DNA of 30,551 nt, taken from contig CAZXXH010000002.1 in NCBI GenBank assembly GCA_964644645.1, positions 1 to 30,551 of the forward strand, read 5' to 3'. This DNA comes from an uncultured Dehalococcoidales bacterium (GTDB taxonomy: Bacteria > Chloroflexota > Dehalococcoidia > Lucifugimonadales > Lucifugimonadaceae). The notes under the pieces are model-generated. The model was not told where the DNA came from. It made no database searches and saw only the letters and a program-made list of their open reading frames with translations. Made by a program: the position numbers and the translations under genes. Below are positions 1-9,333 of this stretch, in pieces. Each line of letters begins with the position of its first letter. Position 1 is the first letter of the stretch.

Positions 1-1
1 G

Positions 2-451
2 CAATCAGTTCCCAGGATGATTGGATTTCAAGCTAAGGGAGCATCTCCATTAGTTCAGAATAGACCCATTGAAAATCCCGAGACTATTGCTTCGGCTATA
101 CGTATCGGTAATCCAGCCTCTTGGAAACGCGCCGAGCGTGCCAGAGACGAATCAGGTGGGATGATCGAGGCGGTTACTGATGAGGAAATCGTTGCAGCCT
201 ATTTATCTATTGCCCGGACAGAGGGAGTGTTCTGTGAGCCAGCGTCAGCCGCCTCTGTGGCTGGGCTTCTTCGGCTTCCTGAACTTGGTGTCGATCTTAC
301 AGGTAAGACCGTGGTATGTATCATTACAGGCAACGGTTTAAAGGATCCAGGTACAGCCGAGCAGCGAGCTTCCATTAAACTCGAGTACGTTGATTCGGAT
401 ATCGATCAATTCGAAACACTTCTAGAAAACGGTAACCAATCCAAAATCTAG
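2..451 (+). CDS. thrC: Threonine synthase, C-terminal part (gene begins upstream of the window)
   Basis: Frame is open from base 2 ([11 protein letters not shown]). Motifs [30 protein letters not shown] and [12 protein letters not shown] are typical of fold-type II PLP threonine synthases. Confidence 0.88.
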   Translation, partial: QSVPRMIGFQAKGASPLVQNRPIENPETIASAIRIGNPASWKRAERARDESGGMIEAVTDEEIVAAYLSIARTEGVFCEPASAASVAGLLRLPELGVDLTGKTVVCIITGNGLKDPGTAEQRASIKLEYVDSDIDQFETLLENGNQSKI

Positions 452-535
452 ATGTTTACAGGCGTGTAGTAGGACATTGTTTAGGATGTGTAATGTGATG
501 TCGAACGACCATGTTATACAGCTGATTCCGTTTCT

Positions 536-1519
536 ATGATCGTATGTCATAGTTCTTTTGGTGCGATTGCCGGTTCGTGGGATTCTGTGTTTGCAGAAAC
601 CGCTGACGCTTCTGTCTTTGACTCCCATTTGTGGCAGCAGATTTGGTGGCGTCATTTCGGACGCGGCGCGAGTTTAAGCATTCTGGAGTTCAACAACGGA
701 GAATTTCGAGGCATTGCTCCTTTGATGCAACTTGGTGAAACGGTTTCTTTCTTGGGTGGTAACGATCTGGTTGATTACCATGATTTTCTTTTAAGTCATA
801 ATAATCGGCGTGCTTTCTATAAGGCCGTTGTAGAGTATCTCGGTTCAGAAATTGGTATCTCCAGAATCGAACTGCTATCTATTCCCTCCACTTCACCTAC
901 CATTGAACTTCTGCCGGAGATTGCACGCAGCCAGTCTTGGACAGTTGATGTGACCGTGGAAGATGTAGCACCACGTTTGACCTTGCCCGACTCGTGGGAC
1001 GCATACCTCACACTTTTGAACAAGAAACATCGTCATGAATTGCGACGCAAGTTGAGACGCCTGGAGAATGCTGGGGAAGCGATTCACGGCGAGTTAAGCG
1101 AGACCACCGATATAGTCGCATGTCTAGACACATTTTTTTCGTTGATGCGACGTAGTTCGCCAGAGAAGGCAGTGTTCTTGACTCCGGAACGGGAAGCATT
1201 TTTCCAGTCTCTAATAATCGAGTTGTCTCAAGAAGGCTTGGTAAAGCTTGGTTACCTGGATATCGATGGCCAGCGTGTTGCAGCATCGATATATTTCGTA
1301 AACCGGGATGTAAAATTCTTGTACAACAGTGGCTACGACCCTGATTTTGCCAATTTGTCCGTGGGATTGCTCAACCACGCATACAATATCCGCCGATCAA
1401 TCGAGCAAGGCTTCAGTAGTTTTGATTTCATGCGCGGGGCAGAATCGTATAAATACCATCTGGGCGCTGCTGACGTTACCCTTCACAAAATCATAATGAT
1501 CCGTAATTCTGTTGAATAG
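536..1519 (+). CDS. GNAT-fold protein of the CelD/BcsL (BioF2-like, Acetyltransf_6) family
   Basis: 327 aa. Shows FLGGNDLVDYHDFL, the basic helix KKHRHELRRKLRRL, YNSGYDP...SVG and the C-terminal FDFMRGAESYKYHLGA, which I recognise as hallmarks of this family. Confidence 0.8.
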   Translation: MIVCHSSFGAIAGSWDSVFAETADASVFDSHLWQQIWWRHFGRGASLSILEFNNGEFRGIAPLMQLGETVSFLGGNDLVDYHDFLLSHNNRRAFYKAVVEYLGSEIGISRIELLSIPSTSPTIELLPEIARSQSWTVDVTVEDVAPRLTLPDSWDAYLTLLNKKHRHELRRKLRRLENAGEAIHGELSETTDIVACLDTFFSLMRRSSPEKAVFLTPEREAFFQSLIIELSQEGLVKLGYLDIDGQRVAASIYFVNRDVKFLYNSGYDPDFANLSVGLLNHAYNIRRSIEQGFSSFDFMRGAESYKYHLGAADVTLHKIIMIRNSVE

Positions 1520-1602
1520 GTGTCTGTTATCTCACCATTTTTTGGGATCATCAGCCTTATTTTTATTGTGAGATCATTGAGGAATACTGCGGAGCCAAGA
1601 GT

Positions 1603-2714
1603 TTGCGAATAGCGGTTCTGAGTGTTCACGGTTGTCCGCTTTCCAGAGGTGGCAGGAAAGACGCGGGCGGTATGAACGTTTATGTTTTAGAGACATCCCA
1701 GCGGTTCGCGGAGCGCGGTATGAAGGTGGATGTTTTTGTGCGCCATCATGACGTTTCAGACCCACTGATAGTAACCATTGGACAGCAAGCTCGTGTAGTT
1801 CATTTGCCTGTAGGGTCCCCATCTGATGATAAGCAGGATCTCTTTGTCCATATTCCGGACTTTGTGAACGCTGTCGAAGAATTTAGGCGATCTGAAGAAG
1901 TCACGTATGACCTAGTGGTAAGTCATTATTGGCTTTCTGGACTCGCTGGTCTGGATTTGTCAGCAGAATGGGATGTACCTCACGTTACCAGTTTCCACAC
2001 CCTTGCCGAAGTGAAGCTTAGGGCGAGGCCAGGGGAGCGCGAGGCTCCAGAGCGGTTGATCAGTGAAAGACAGATTGCACGTGGAGTCGACCGCATTGTG
2101 GTCTGGTCCCAGAATGAGCAGCGTTCCCTGACCAATTTGTACGGAGCTTACGCTTCAAAAGTGGCGATTATTCCTCCTGGTGTAGATACCAGTAGATTTA
2201 TTCCGATGGACTCTCTTGAAAGTCGTCAGAAACTGGGATTGGGGTTGGGTAGGAACATCCTGTATGTAGGGCGACTAGATAAGCTCAAGGGACTTGACAT
2301 CTTATTGCGAGCGGTCGCCCGCTTGGAAGATATGCCAGATGTTAGGTTGTTGATTGTGGGAGGTACTGTAGGAGATCTTCTGATGTATGTGTACTCCCGT
2401 CACATTATGAGAGCTTTGGATTTGCCGCACTTGAGGCCGCTGCCTGCGAAAAGCCGGTTGTAGCATCCAACGTTGGTGGGCTCCCTTCTGTCGTATTGAG
2501 TGGTGAGACAGGATACTTAATTTCCTGGCGATGCCCTGGCCCGTTCGCGACCTGTCTCGAGTTGTTGCTAGAGAACGATTATTTGCGGCGAAGCTTGGGC
2601 AGGGCAGCGAGGGAACACGCGACAACGCTCACCTGGGATGTTTCAGTCGATGCTCTGATGGTCCTGTATGAATCTCTTGTTTCTGATAGGTTGTCCTCGT
2701 TAACGGTTGCCTGA
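1603..2714 (+). pseudogene. mshA: MshA-like GT-B glycosyltransferase (D-inositol-3-phosphate glycosyltransferase type), interrupted by an internal deletion and frameshift near 2376-2381
   Basis: TTG start with GGAG at 1591-1594. Motifs HGCPL...DAGGMNVY, SHYWLSG, FHTLAEVK, IPPGVD and YVGRLDKLKG run to LIVGGTVGD at 2376. The protein then continues in another frame from 2379: SDVCVLPSHYESFGFAALEAAACEKPVVASNVGGL...GETGYLI, ending at the stop at 2714. Confidence 0.8.
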
Positions 2715-2721
2715 GCTACAT

Positions 2722-3645
2722 TTATATTCGCAACTCGTACCAGATGATTTTAGACACGCGTTGAAAGCCGAATTTGCTGTATAGACTGAGGGCCGGTTCG
2801 TTCTCAGAGTCAACTTCAAGCTCAATGTTATGAGCACCACGCTGAGCCAGATTCCGAATAGCGGCGGATACTACTTGTCGCCCCTGTCCTTGTACCCGAT
2901 GGTCTGGTCTGACTCCGGTCTTTGAGATCTCCCCGTCGCATACTTGTTCGCTAGGCGGCATAGCGGTCCAAGCATAAGCGACAAACTCATCTTCTACCGC
3001 TAAAAAAACAACTCCTTCTGGTCCATAGACCGGCAAGTCAAATTTCTTTCTTACTTCCTCCACGTTATTTGGAGAGAATCCCCAACTGTCTGAGAAGGCC
3101 AGGTTTTGGAGATCGGTCAGTAACTCCATGTCAGTATCTGGATAGAATGGCTGAACTTTTACCCGGGGTTGAAACTGGTGGTAAGCCATAAAAAGAGTAT
3201 TAGCATTTGTTACAGTCGTTCGCATACGCCAGTAGTTTCGGACTGGCCGCATACCTGATGCTGAAAGAAATGCAGCAGTGGCTGGATCACGCACATGTTC
3301 GGGGACATGTAACTTTTTTACTCCAATGGTCTTGGAGTAGTCTGAGACCATATTGAATAACGCTGACGCTACCCCAGTTCGCCGGTTTGATGGCTCGACG
3401 TAGATCCACAGTACGGCCCTATGGATATTTATCTCAAGGTCAATTTTCGCATAGGCGATGAGTTGCCCGTTTTTTTCGGCCAGCAGAACGTTCTTGGCGG
3501 GATCAGAGCGCGGCTGATGCAACTCTGCCGTCAGGCGTGATCTCATTCGATCTGTCTGTCGTGGGGTTGTTTTGTCGTCCGGGTAAGCTAGCTTGAGGAG
3601 TGCTTGTAAATCGTGCCAGACGAAGGGCCGTATAGAGATGTTCAC
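2722..3645 (-). CDS. mshD: Tandem-GNAT acetyltransferase, mycothiol synthase (MshD)-like
   Basis: 307 aa with two GNAT domains (VEPSNRRTGVASAL; GVRPDHRVQGQG...ELEVDSENEPALSLYSKFGF) and LQNLAFSDSWGF at the position of the MshD NxAF motif. Convergent with mshA, 7 bp between the stops. Confidence 0.6.
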   Translation of the reverse strand: MNISIRPFVWHDLQALLKLAYPDDKTTPRQTDRMRSRLTAELHQPRSDPAKNVLLAEKNGQLIAYAKIDLEINIHRAVLWIYVEPSNRRTGVASALFNMVSDYSKTIGVKKLHVPEHVRDPATAAFLSASGMRPVRNYWRMRTTVTNANTLFMAYHQFQPRVKVQPFYPDTDMELLTDLQNLAFSDSWGFSPNNVEEVRKKFDLPVYGPEGVVFLAVEDEFVAYAWTAMPPSEQVCDGEISKTGVRPDHRVQGQGRQVVSAAIRNLAQRGAHNIELEVDSENEPALSLYSKFGFQRVSKIIWYELRI

Positions 3646-3777
3646 ATGGGTGGTGGTTTAGAGCAGGTACGATTGGGTCGATCGGAAGGGGTTCTCTAAG
3701 GTTGGGTCTGTGTTACAGTCGGCAGCGAGTCTAGCATAACCACCTCATATTTTAGCTCGATCGTTATCTCAGTACCG

Positions 3778-3807
3778 TTGCCCATATTCTGAAGTTCGTG
3801 CTAACCT
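3778..3807 (+). promoter_or_regulatory. Putative sigma70-type promoter of the ilv-leu operon
   Basis: TTGCCC (3778-3783), 18-bp spacer, extended -10 TGcTAACCT (3799-3807), about 18 nt upstream of T-box stem I. Confidence 0.5.
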
Positions 3808-3824
3808 CGGTGATGTCTGTGAAA

Positions 3825-4107
3825 ACGCTACGACGGGGAGTAGTACTGGACGGATTCGGCATTAGAGAATCGGCGATGGTGGGAAGCCGAAGCCTGAATC
3901 CCATGGGAACTCGCCCCTGAGCGGTCTGCCCGATCAGTGGCTTGCGCGCGATGGAATGTGAAGTAATCTGGCGCGCGACAGCTCTACTAAGGCTAGAACG
4001 TTTTGCCTCGTTACGGCACTGAGTGGCTTGGCCGTTTCGACGGTCGGCAATGAAGGTGGTACCGCGGGACTAAGCGAGTCTCGTCCTTTGGGGGCGGGAC
4101 TTTTTTT
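3825..4107 (+). ncRNA. T-box riboswitch leader, leucine-specific (specifier CUC)
   Basis: Stem I with K-turn-type base (CGCTACGACGGGG / CCCCTGAGCG), loop-E AGTA (3839-3845) and GAA (3907-3909), AG bulge AGAGA (3864-3868), terminal loop GGTGGGA (3878-3884) and specifier CTC (3910-3912). Stem II has an S-turn and stem III a TTCG loop (4030-4045). T-box sequence AAGGTGGTACCGCGGGAC (4053-4070) forms the antiterminator with GTCTCGTCCTT. Confidence 0.95.
4077..4107 (+). terminator. Intrinsic terminator of the T-box leader
   Basis: AGTCTCGTCC-TTTG-GGGCGGGACT 10-bp stem followed by a T run. Its left arm is shared with the antiterminator. Confidence 0.92.
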
Positions 4108-4172
4108 GTTTATTGAGATGCCGCAGCTCTGTGGTAGTGGGTTGGGTTGGATCTCACTAGGACGGTGATGAT

Positions 4173-5867
4173 ATGGCAAAGGTTGAAAAGACAGGCGGTC
4201 AGATACTGTGCGAAGCTCTTGTGCGTGAAGGCGTAGAGGTTGTTTTTGGCGTGCCCGGTGGAGCCATACTACCTCTTTACGGCACACTCTCCCAATATCC
4301 ACAACTGCGACACGTGTTAGTTCGTCATGAGCAGGGTGCATCGCATGCCGCTGACGGTTACGCGAGAGCATCGGGACGGGTAGGCGTTGCGTTGGCAACA
4401 TCAGGTCCGGGAGCCACTAATCTGATCACAGGCCTAGCGACTGCCATGATGGATTCATCACCGGTTGTGGCGATTACTGGACAGGTGGCACGCTCCACGA
4501 TTGGTCGCGATGCGTTCCAGGAGACGGATATTACAGGCGCAACGTTACCAGTGACTAAGCACAATTACCTAGTAATGAACGCGGCCGATGTGGCCCGCAC
4601 GGTGCGTGAGGCTTTTCATATCGCCAGAACAGGACGGCCTGGTCCGGTATTGGTGGATGTGCCACGCGATGTGTTCCAAGAAACTACGATATTTGATGAA
4701 GACAGTTGGGAAGAACCACTGAGCCTCCCGGGTTACCATCCTCCGTCCACTGCAGTTCTGGCGGATGTGGAGCGAGCCGCCTCACTTATTAATTCGGCAA
4801 AACGACCGGTCATTCTAGCCGGCCATGGAGTTATCATTTCCAGGGCCTACGATGAGTTGAAAGAGCTAGCTGAAAAAGCACAGATCCCGGTAGTTGCAAC
4901 ATTACTTGGTATAAGTTCATTTCCAGAGGATCATGTGCTAAGCCAGAAATTCCCGGGTATGCATGGTGTGGCTTGGGCGAGCATTGCCTTGGATGAAGCC
5001 GACCTTATCATTGCGATAGGTAGTCGCTTTGATGATCGTATCACTGGGGATACCAAGCGATTTGCAACGAGATCTAAGAAGGTACATATTGAGATAGACC
5101 CTGCAGAAATCAACAAAAATATTTGGGTAGATGCTCCTGTGGTCGGCAATGTTAAGGATGTACTAGGCCAGCTGAACCCACTGATTAAGCGCACGACGCA
5201 CACTGCATGGGTACGTCGGATGGAGCAACTCAAATCCGAGCATCCATCCCTGAACATCCGGAAAACTAATGCTCTGCTGGGTCAACATGTTATCAAGGCG
5301 CTGTGCGAGGTTACTGATGGGCGAGCCACAATTGTCACTGGTGTGGGTCAACATCAGATGTGGGCTGCCCAACACTACCGGTTCGCTAGTCCAAATACAC
5401 TCATCACTTCGGGTGGGCTTGGCACCATGGGTTTTGAAGTGCCCGCTGCCATGGGAGTTAAAATCGCGCGCCCAGATGGAATAGTGTGGTCAGTAGCTGG
5501 CGATGGTGGTTTCCAGATGACGATGTCTGAGTTGGCCACGATAGTAGAGAACGACGTGCAGGTAAAGTTCGCCATAATGAACAACAATCACTTGGGGATG
5601 ATTACGCAGTGGCAGGAGTTGTTTTATAGGAGCGATTACCAAGCAAATGCATACACTCGTAACCCAGACTTCGTTAAACTGGCGGAGGCGTTCGGCTTGA
5701 GAGGCATTAGAGTTGATCGTCAAGATCAAGTGCACGCTGCTATTCACGAGGCTAATTCTTTCCCTGGTCCAGTATTGGTCGATTTCCTAATCGAAACTGC
5801 AGAGAATGTCTATCCAATGATTCCTTCCGGTCAAAGTGTTGCGGAACTGATTGAGGAACCACTGTGA
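4173..5867 (+). CDS. ilvB: Acetolactate synthase large subunit (biosynthetic)
   Basis: VFGVPGGAIL, RHEQGASHAADGYARASG, TSGPGATN, TGVGQHQMWAAQ, SGGLGTMGF and the TPP motif GDGGFQM...NN. First gene after the T-box. Confidence 0.96.
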   Translation: MAKVEKTGGQILCEALVREGVEVVFGVPGGAILPLYGTLSQYPQLRHVLVRHEQGASHAADGYARASGRVGVALATSGPGATNLITGLATAMMDSSPVVAITGQVARSTIGRDAFQETDITGATLPVTKHNYLVMNAADVARTVREAFHIARTGRPGPVLVDVPRDVFQETTIFDEDSWEEPLSLPGYHPPSTAVLADVERAASLINSAKRPVILAGHGVIISRAYDELKELAEKAQIPVVATLLGISSFPEDHVLSQKFPGMHGVAWASIALDEADLIIAIGSRFDDRITGDTKRFATRSKKVHIEIDPAEINKNIWVDAPVVGNVKDVLGQLNPLIKRTTHTAWVRRMEQLKSEHPSLNIRKTNALLGQHVIKALCEVTDGRATIVTGVGQHQMWAAQHYRFASPNTLITSGGLGTMGFEVPAAMGVKIARPDGIVWSVAGDGGFQMTMSELATIVENDVQVKFAIMNNNHLGMITQWQELFYRSDYQANAYTRNPDFVKLAEAFGLRGIRVDRQDQVHAAIHEANSFPGPVLVDFLIETAENVYPMIPSGQSVAELIEEPL

Positions 5868-5895
5868 GGACTTCTGATACACGTGCAAGAAACTT

Positions 5896-6459
5896 GTGAA
5901 CTTAGGCATGACTAACAATTCCAAATTACAAAAGATTGCTAGGCGTACGGTGGTTGCGCAGGTTCAGGATAAGCCTGGTGTACTGTCACGTATCGCTGGG
6001 CTGTTTAGGCGCCGCGGGTTCAATATCGCCAGTCTGTCCGTGGGGCAATCGGAGTTATTCGGGCTATCCCGTATGACATTCGTTGTCGAAGGTGATCCAG
6101 ATATTGTGGGTCATGTAGCAGCGCAGCTTGACCGATTGGTTGATGTTGTTTCGGTTGAAGACATTACTGACCAGAACATCGTGTGGCGTGAGATGGCGCT
6201 AATTAAGGTTCGCGCTACGCCCGAAATCCGCATCGAAATCTTGCAACTAGCAAACATTTTTCGAGTTAACGTGGTTGATGTAGGCATTGAAAGTCTCACC
6301 ATGGAAATCACAGGTGACACAGAGAAAATCGATTCTCTAATCGAGCTTTTGAGACAGTATGAAGTCAAGGAAGTGATGCGTACGGGGCGCGTGGCGATAC
6401 TGCGAGGCACCCTTGTGCCTGGTGGGGCTGACGGTGCTTTTCACACCGCTTCGGATTGA
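5896..6459 (+). CDS. ilvN: Acetolactate synthase small regulatory subunit (start may be the ATG at 5908)
   Basis: ACT motif QDKPGVLSRIAGLFRRRGFNIASLSVG, ANIFRVNVVDVG and the C-terminal MRTGRVAI. Confidence 0.95.
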   Translation: MNLGMTNNSKLQKIARRTVVAQVQDKPGVLSRIAGLFRRRGFNIASLSVGQSELFGLSRMTFVVEGDPDIVGHVAAQLDRLVDVVSVEDITDQNIVWREMALIKVRATPEIRIEILQLANIFRVNVVDVGIESLTMEITGDTEKIDSLIELLRQYEVKEVMRTGRVAILRGTLVPGGADGAFHTASD

Positions 6460-6512
6460 GTCAGATACGACAACGGGCCCATTAAAGCTGTGACAATCGA
6501 ACGGAGTTTAAT

Positions 6513-7511
6513 TTGGCAGTTCTTCACTATGACAAAGACATAGATTCTTCACCTCTTGATGACAAATGTGTGGCAGTTATCGGTTACGGTAGCCAAGGGC
6601 ATGCCCATTCACTTAACCTCAAGGATTCTGGGTGTGAGGTTGTTGTTGGGCTTTATCCTGCCAGTAAGAGTCGTGAAAAAGCAGAGGCTGATGGCCTTGA
6701 GGTGTTGGACACAGCCGATGCAGTCGAACGATCAGATGTAATTATGTTGGCGTTGCCCGACACAGTGCAGTCGTCCGTGTACACGGAGGATATAGCTCCG
6801 CGATTAGTGGCTGGCAAGACCCTAATGTTCGCTCACGGTTTCACGATTCACTATGGTCAAATTGCTGCCCCACCAAGCATAGACGTGTCCATGATAGCGC
6901 CTAAAGCGCCTGGACATCGCGTTCGAGCAGTATTCCAGAATGGTCTGGGGGTACCATGCTTGGTGGCAGTACACCAAGATGCTAGTGGCAGCGCTAAGGA
7001 GTTGGCGCTTGCTTATGGAAAAGCTATAGGTGGTGGTAGGGCCGGAATTCTTGAGACTACGTTTAAAGAGGAGACGGAGACGGATCTTTTCGGTGAACAG
7101 GCAGTGTTATGTGGTGGTGTAACGGCTCTTATAAAAGCTGGGTACGAAGTTTTGATAGAAGCTGGTTACCAACCGGAATCCGCATATTTTGAGGTTCTTC
7201 ACGAACTAAAATTGATCGTTGATCTGATATATCAGGGTGGGCTCGGTCACATGCGCTACTCTGTTTCGGACACTGCTGAATATGGAGACTACTCGCGTGG
7301 GCCGCAGATCATAGACGGACATGTCAAAGACAACATGCGAAAAATTCTCAGGGATATCCAGTCAGGTGAATTCGCTAGGGAGTGGATTGCGGAAAACGAC
7401 GAAGGTCTGCACCGGTTCCGACAGTTGTCCAAGCAGGACGCAGAACACCCGGTAGAAGAGATTGGCAAAGAATTGAGGGCGATGATGCCGTGGCTGGAGG
7501 CCAGCACATAA
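6513..7511 (+). CDS. ilvC: Ketol-acid reductoisomerase (short, class I)
   Basis: [66 protein letters not shown] start with GGAG at 6503-6506. Confidence 0.97.
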   Translation: MAVLHYDKDIDSSPLDDKCVAVIGYGSQGHAHSLNLKDSGCEVVVGLYPASKSREKAEADGLEVLDTADAVERSDVIMLALPDTVQSSVYTEDIAPRLVAGKTLMFAHGFTIHYGQIAAPPSIDVSMIAPKAPGHRVRAVFQNGLGVPCLVAVHQDASGSAKELALAYGKAIGGGRAGILETTFKEETETDLFGEQAVLCGGVTALIKAGYEVLIEAGYQPESAYFEVLHELKLIVDLIYQGGLGHMRYSVSDTAEYGDYSRGPQIIDGHVKDNMRKILRDIQSGEFAREWIAENDEGLHRFRQLSKQDAEHPVEEIGKELRAMMPWLEAST

Positions 7512-7572
7512 ACCACCGATGTGTTTAAGTTGTTCCGACAACATGACGGTTAGTTGGAGTACTAAGTAGATA

Positions 7573-9177
7573 ATGGCTCATGGAGCAACTGATATGGCCA
7601 ATAAACCAGTGCACAGAGTAGACCGGGTTCGCATATTCGATACAACATTGCGTGACGGGGAGCAATCAGCTGGAGCAGGTCTTACGGTTGATGAAAAAAT
7701 TCGTATTGCTCGCCAACTCTCCAACTTGGGCGTCGACGTCATAGAGGCTGGGTTTGCTGCCAGTTCTCCGGGTGATTTCGAATCGGTCCGGAGAATAGCC
7801 AAAGAGATAGAGAGAACGAGTGTGGCCTCGCTGGCTCGAGTAGTGCTAGATGACGTGGACGCAGCAGGGCGCGCCTTAGATGGCTCAAGTAACCCTCGAA
7901 TCCACACATTTGTGTCCAGTTCTATGATTCATATGGAACACCAAATGCGTAAGGATCCAGAAGAGATATTGGATATGGCAGTGGAGGCGGTTCGACGAGC
8001 TAAACATTATGTCGACGATGTTGAGTTCTCGCCAATGGATGCTACACGCACCGATCAAGAATTTCTTTACCCATTGCTTGAGGCAGTTATAGCAGAAGGT
8101 GCGACTACCGTTAACATTCCTGACACGGTTGGCTATAGTACTCCGGCCGAATTTGGAAAATTGATCCGTGAGACGATTAAGCGAGTCCCGAACATCGGGG
8201 AAGCTGTTATCAGCGTACATTGTCATAATGATCTTGGATTGGCTGTGGCTAACAGTCTGGCGGCTGTGGAAAACGGCGCTCGTCAGGTAGAGGGTTGTAT
8301 CAACGGACTTGGTGAACGAGCGGGCAATGCCGCACTGGAAGAAGTTATTATGGGTCTACAGACTCGGAATGATCACTTCGGCGTCACTACAGTCATTGAT
8401 ACCAGGGAGATAGGTCTTACGAGCAGACTGATAATCAACATTTTTGGATTCCCCATCCAATCCTATAAGGCGATTGTTGGCCAAAATGCCTTCAGGCACT
8501 CATCAGGAATCCATCAAGATGCATATTTAAAGGAGCGCTCCACCTTTGAAATCATGGAGCCTGAGTCGGTCGGTTGGCGCGGTGAAGCCTTGGTGCTCGG
8601 TAAGCTTTCTGGTCGTGCGGGCCTCAGAGCCAGGTTGAGTGATTTGGGGTATCACTTGACGGGAGATGAATTGGTGACGCTTTTCCCACGTTACAAATTG
8701 CTGGCGGATGAAAAACGTGAGGTTACGGATCTGGACTTGGAAGCTCTGATGTCTGAACAGAATCGTGTTACTGATGTGCAGAGCTTATACAAGCTCGAAA
8801 GCATCAAGGTAGTATGCGGGAATCTTGATACCCCAACAGCGACGATAATTATTGTGTCTCCAGATGGCTCAAAACAGGAAGCAACTGAAACCGGAACCGG
8901 TCCAGTGGACGCCGTGTGTAAGGCTGCAGACAGTATATTCGAGCGTTCTGTGAACTTGACCGAATTTGCGATCAGCGCCGTTTCTGAAGGGATCGTCGCG
9001 ATTGGGGAAGTTACGATACGTGTACAGGCTGCGGATGGCGAAATCTACGCCGGACGTGGCGCTGATACAGACATAATTGTGGCGTCGGCTAAGGCGTATA
9101 TAAACGCAGTTAATCTAATGTTTACCATGGACGAGCAAGGTTCACAACCGCTCGGGTCAATGGTGAGGGAACAGTAA
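7573..9177 (+). CDS. leuA: 2-isopropylmalate synthase with C-terminal regulatory domain
   Basis: IFDTTLRDGEQ, INIPDTVGY, HCHNDLGLAVANSLAA, GERAGNAALEE, HSSGIHQD, GTGPVDA and DIIVASAKAYINA. Confidence 0.94.
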   Translation: MAHGATDMANKPVHRVDRVRIFDTTLRDGEQSAGAGLTVDEKIRIARQLSNLGVDVIEAGFAASSPGDFESVRRIAKEIERTSVASLARVVLDDVDAAGRALDGSSNPRIHTFVSSSMIHMEHQMRKDPEEILDMAVEAVRRAKHYVDDVEFSPMDATRTDQEFLYPLLEAVIAEGATTVNIPDTVGYSTPAEFGKLIRETIKRVPNIGEAVISVHCHNDLGLAVANSLAAVENGARQVEGCINGLGERAGNAALEEVIMGLQTRNDHFGVTTVIDTREIGLTSRLIINIFGFPIQSYKAIVGQNAFRHSSGIHQDAYLKERSTFEIMEPESVGWRGEALVLGKLSGRAGLRARLSDLGYHLTGDELVTLFPRYKLLADEKREVTDLDLEALMSEQNRVTDVQSLYKLESIKVVCGNLDTPTATIIIVSPDGSKQEATETGTGPVDAVCKAADSIFERSVNLTEFAISAVSEGIVAIGEVTIRVQAADGEIYAGRGADTDIIVASAKAYINAVNLMFTMDEQGSQPLGSMVREQ

Positions 9178-9333
9178 TACAGCGTGGGCTGTTGGTGATA
9201 GCTACTATATGCCACGCGCCAACCTGCGATGCGGTAACTAGACCGCATTCTGGTAACCGCTCAAATCTTGTCTGCGCCAAGTAACATAATCTAGAGATCC
9301 CTCCATCCTGACTTAGATAGTAAGCGATACACA

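Noticed and set aside
2376-2390. Programmed ribosomal frameshift in mshA
   Set aside because: There is no slippery heptamer at the junction, and a frameshift alone would not restore the missing structural segment.
2496-2714. 72-aa ORF as an independent gene
   Set aside because: It is the tail of mshA. The same frame carries GT-B motifs from 2379, upstream of the called start.
3934-4401. 155-aa minus-strand ORF over the T-box and ilvB start
   Set aside because: It is a shadow of a structured leader and a conserved gene, with no recognisable motifs. The other antisense and out-of-frame ORFs inside the called genes were dismissed for the same reason.
6640-6680. Possible NADH-preferring IlvC
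   Set aside because: The cofactor loop GLYPASKS keeps serines rather than acidic residues, as in ordinary NADPH-type enzymes.
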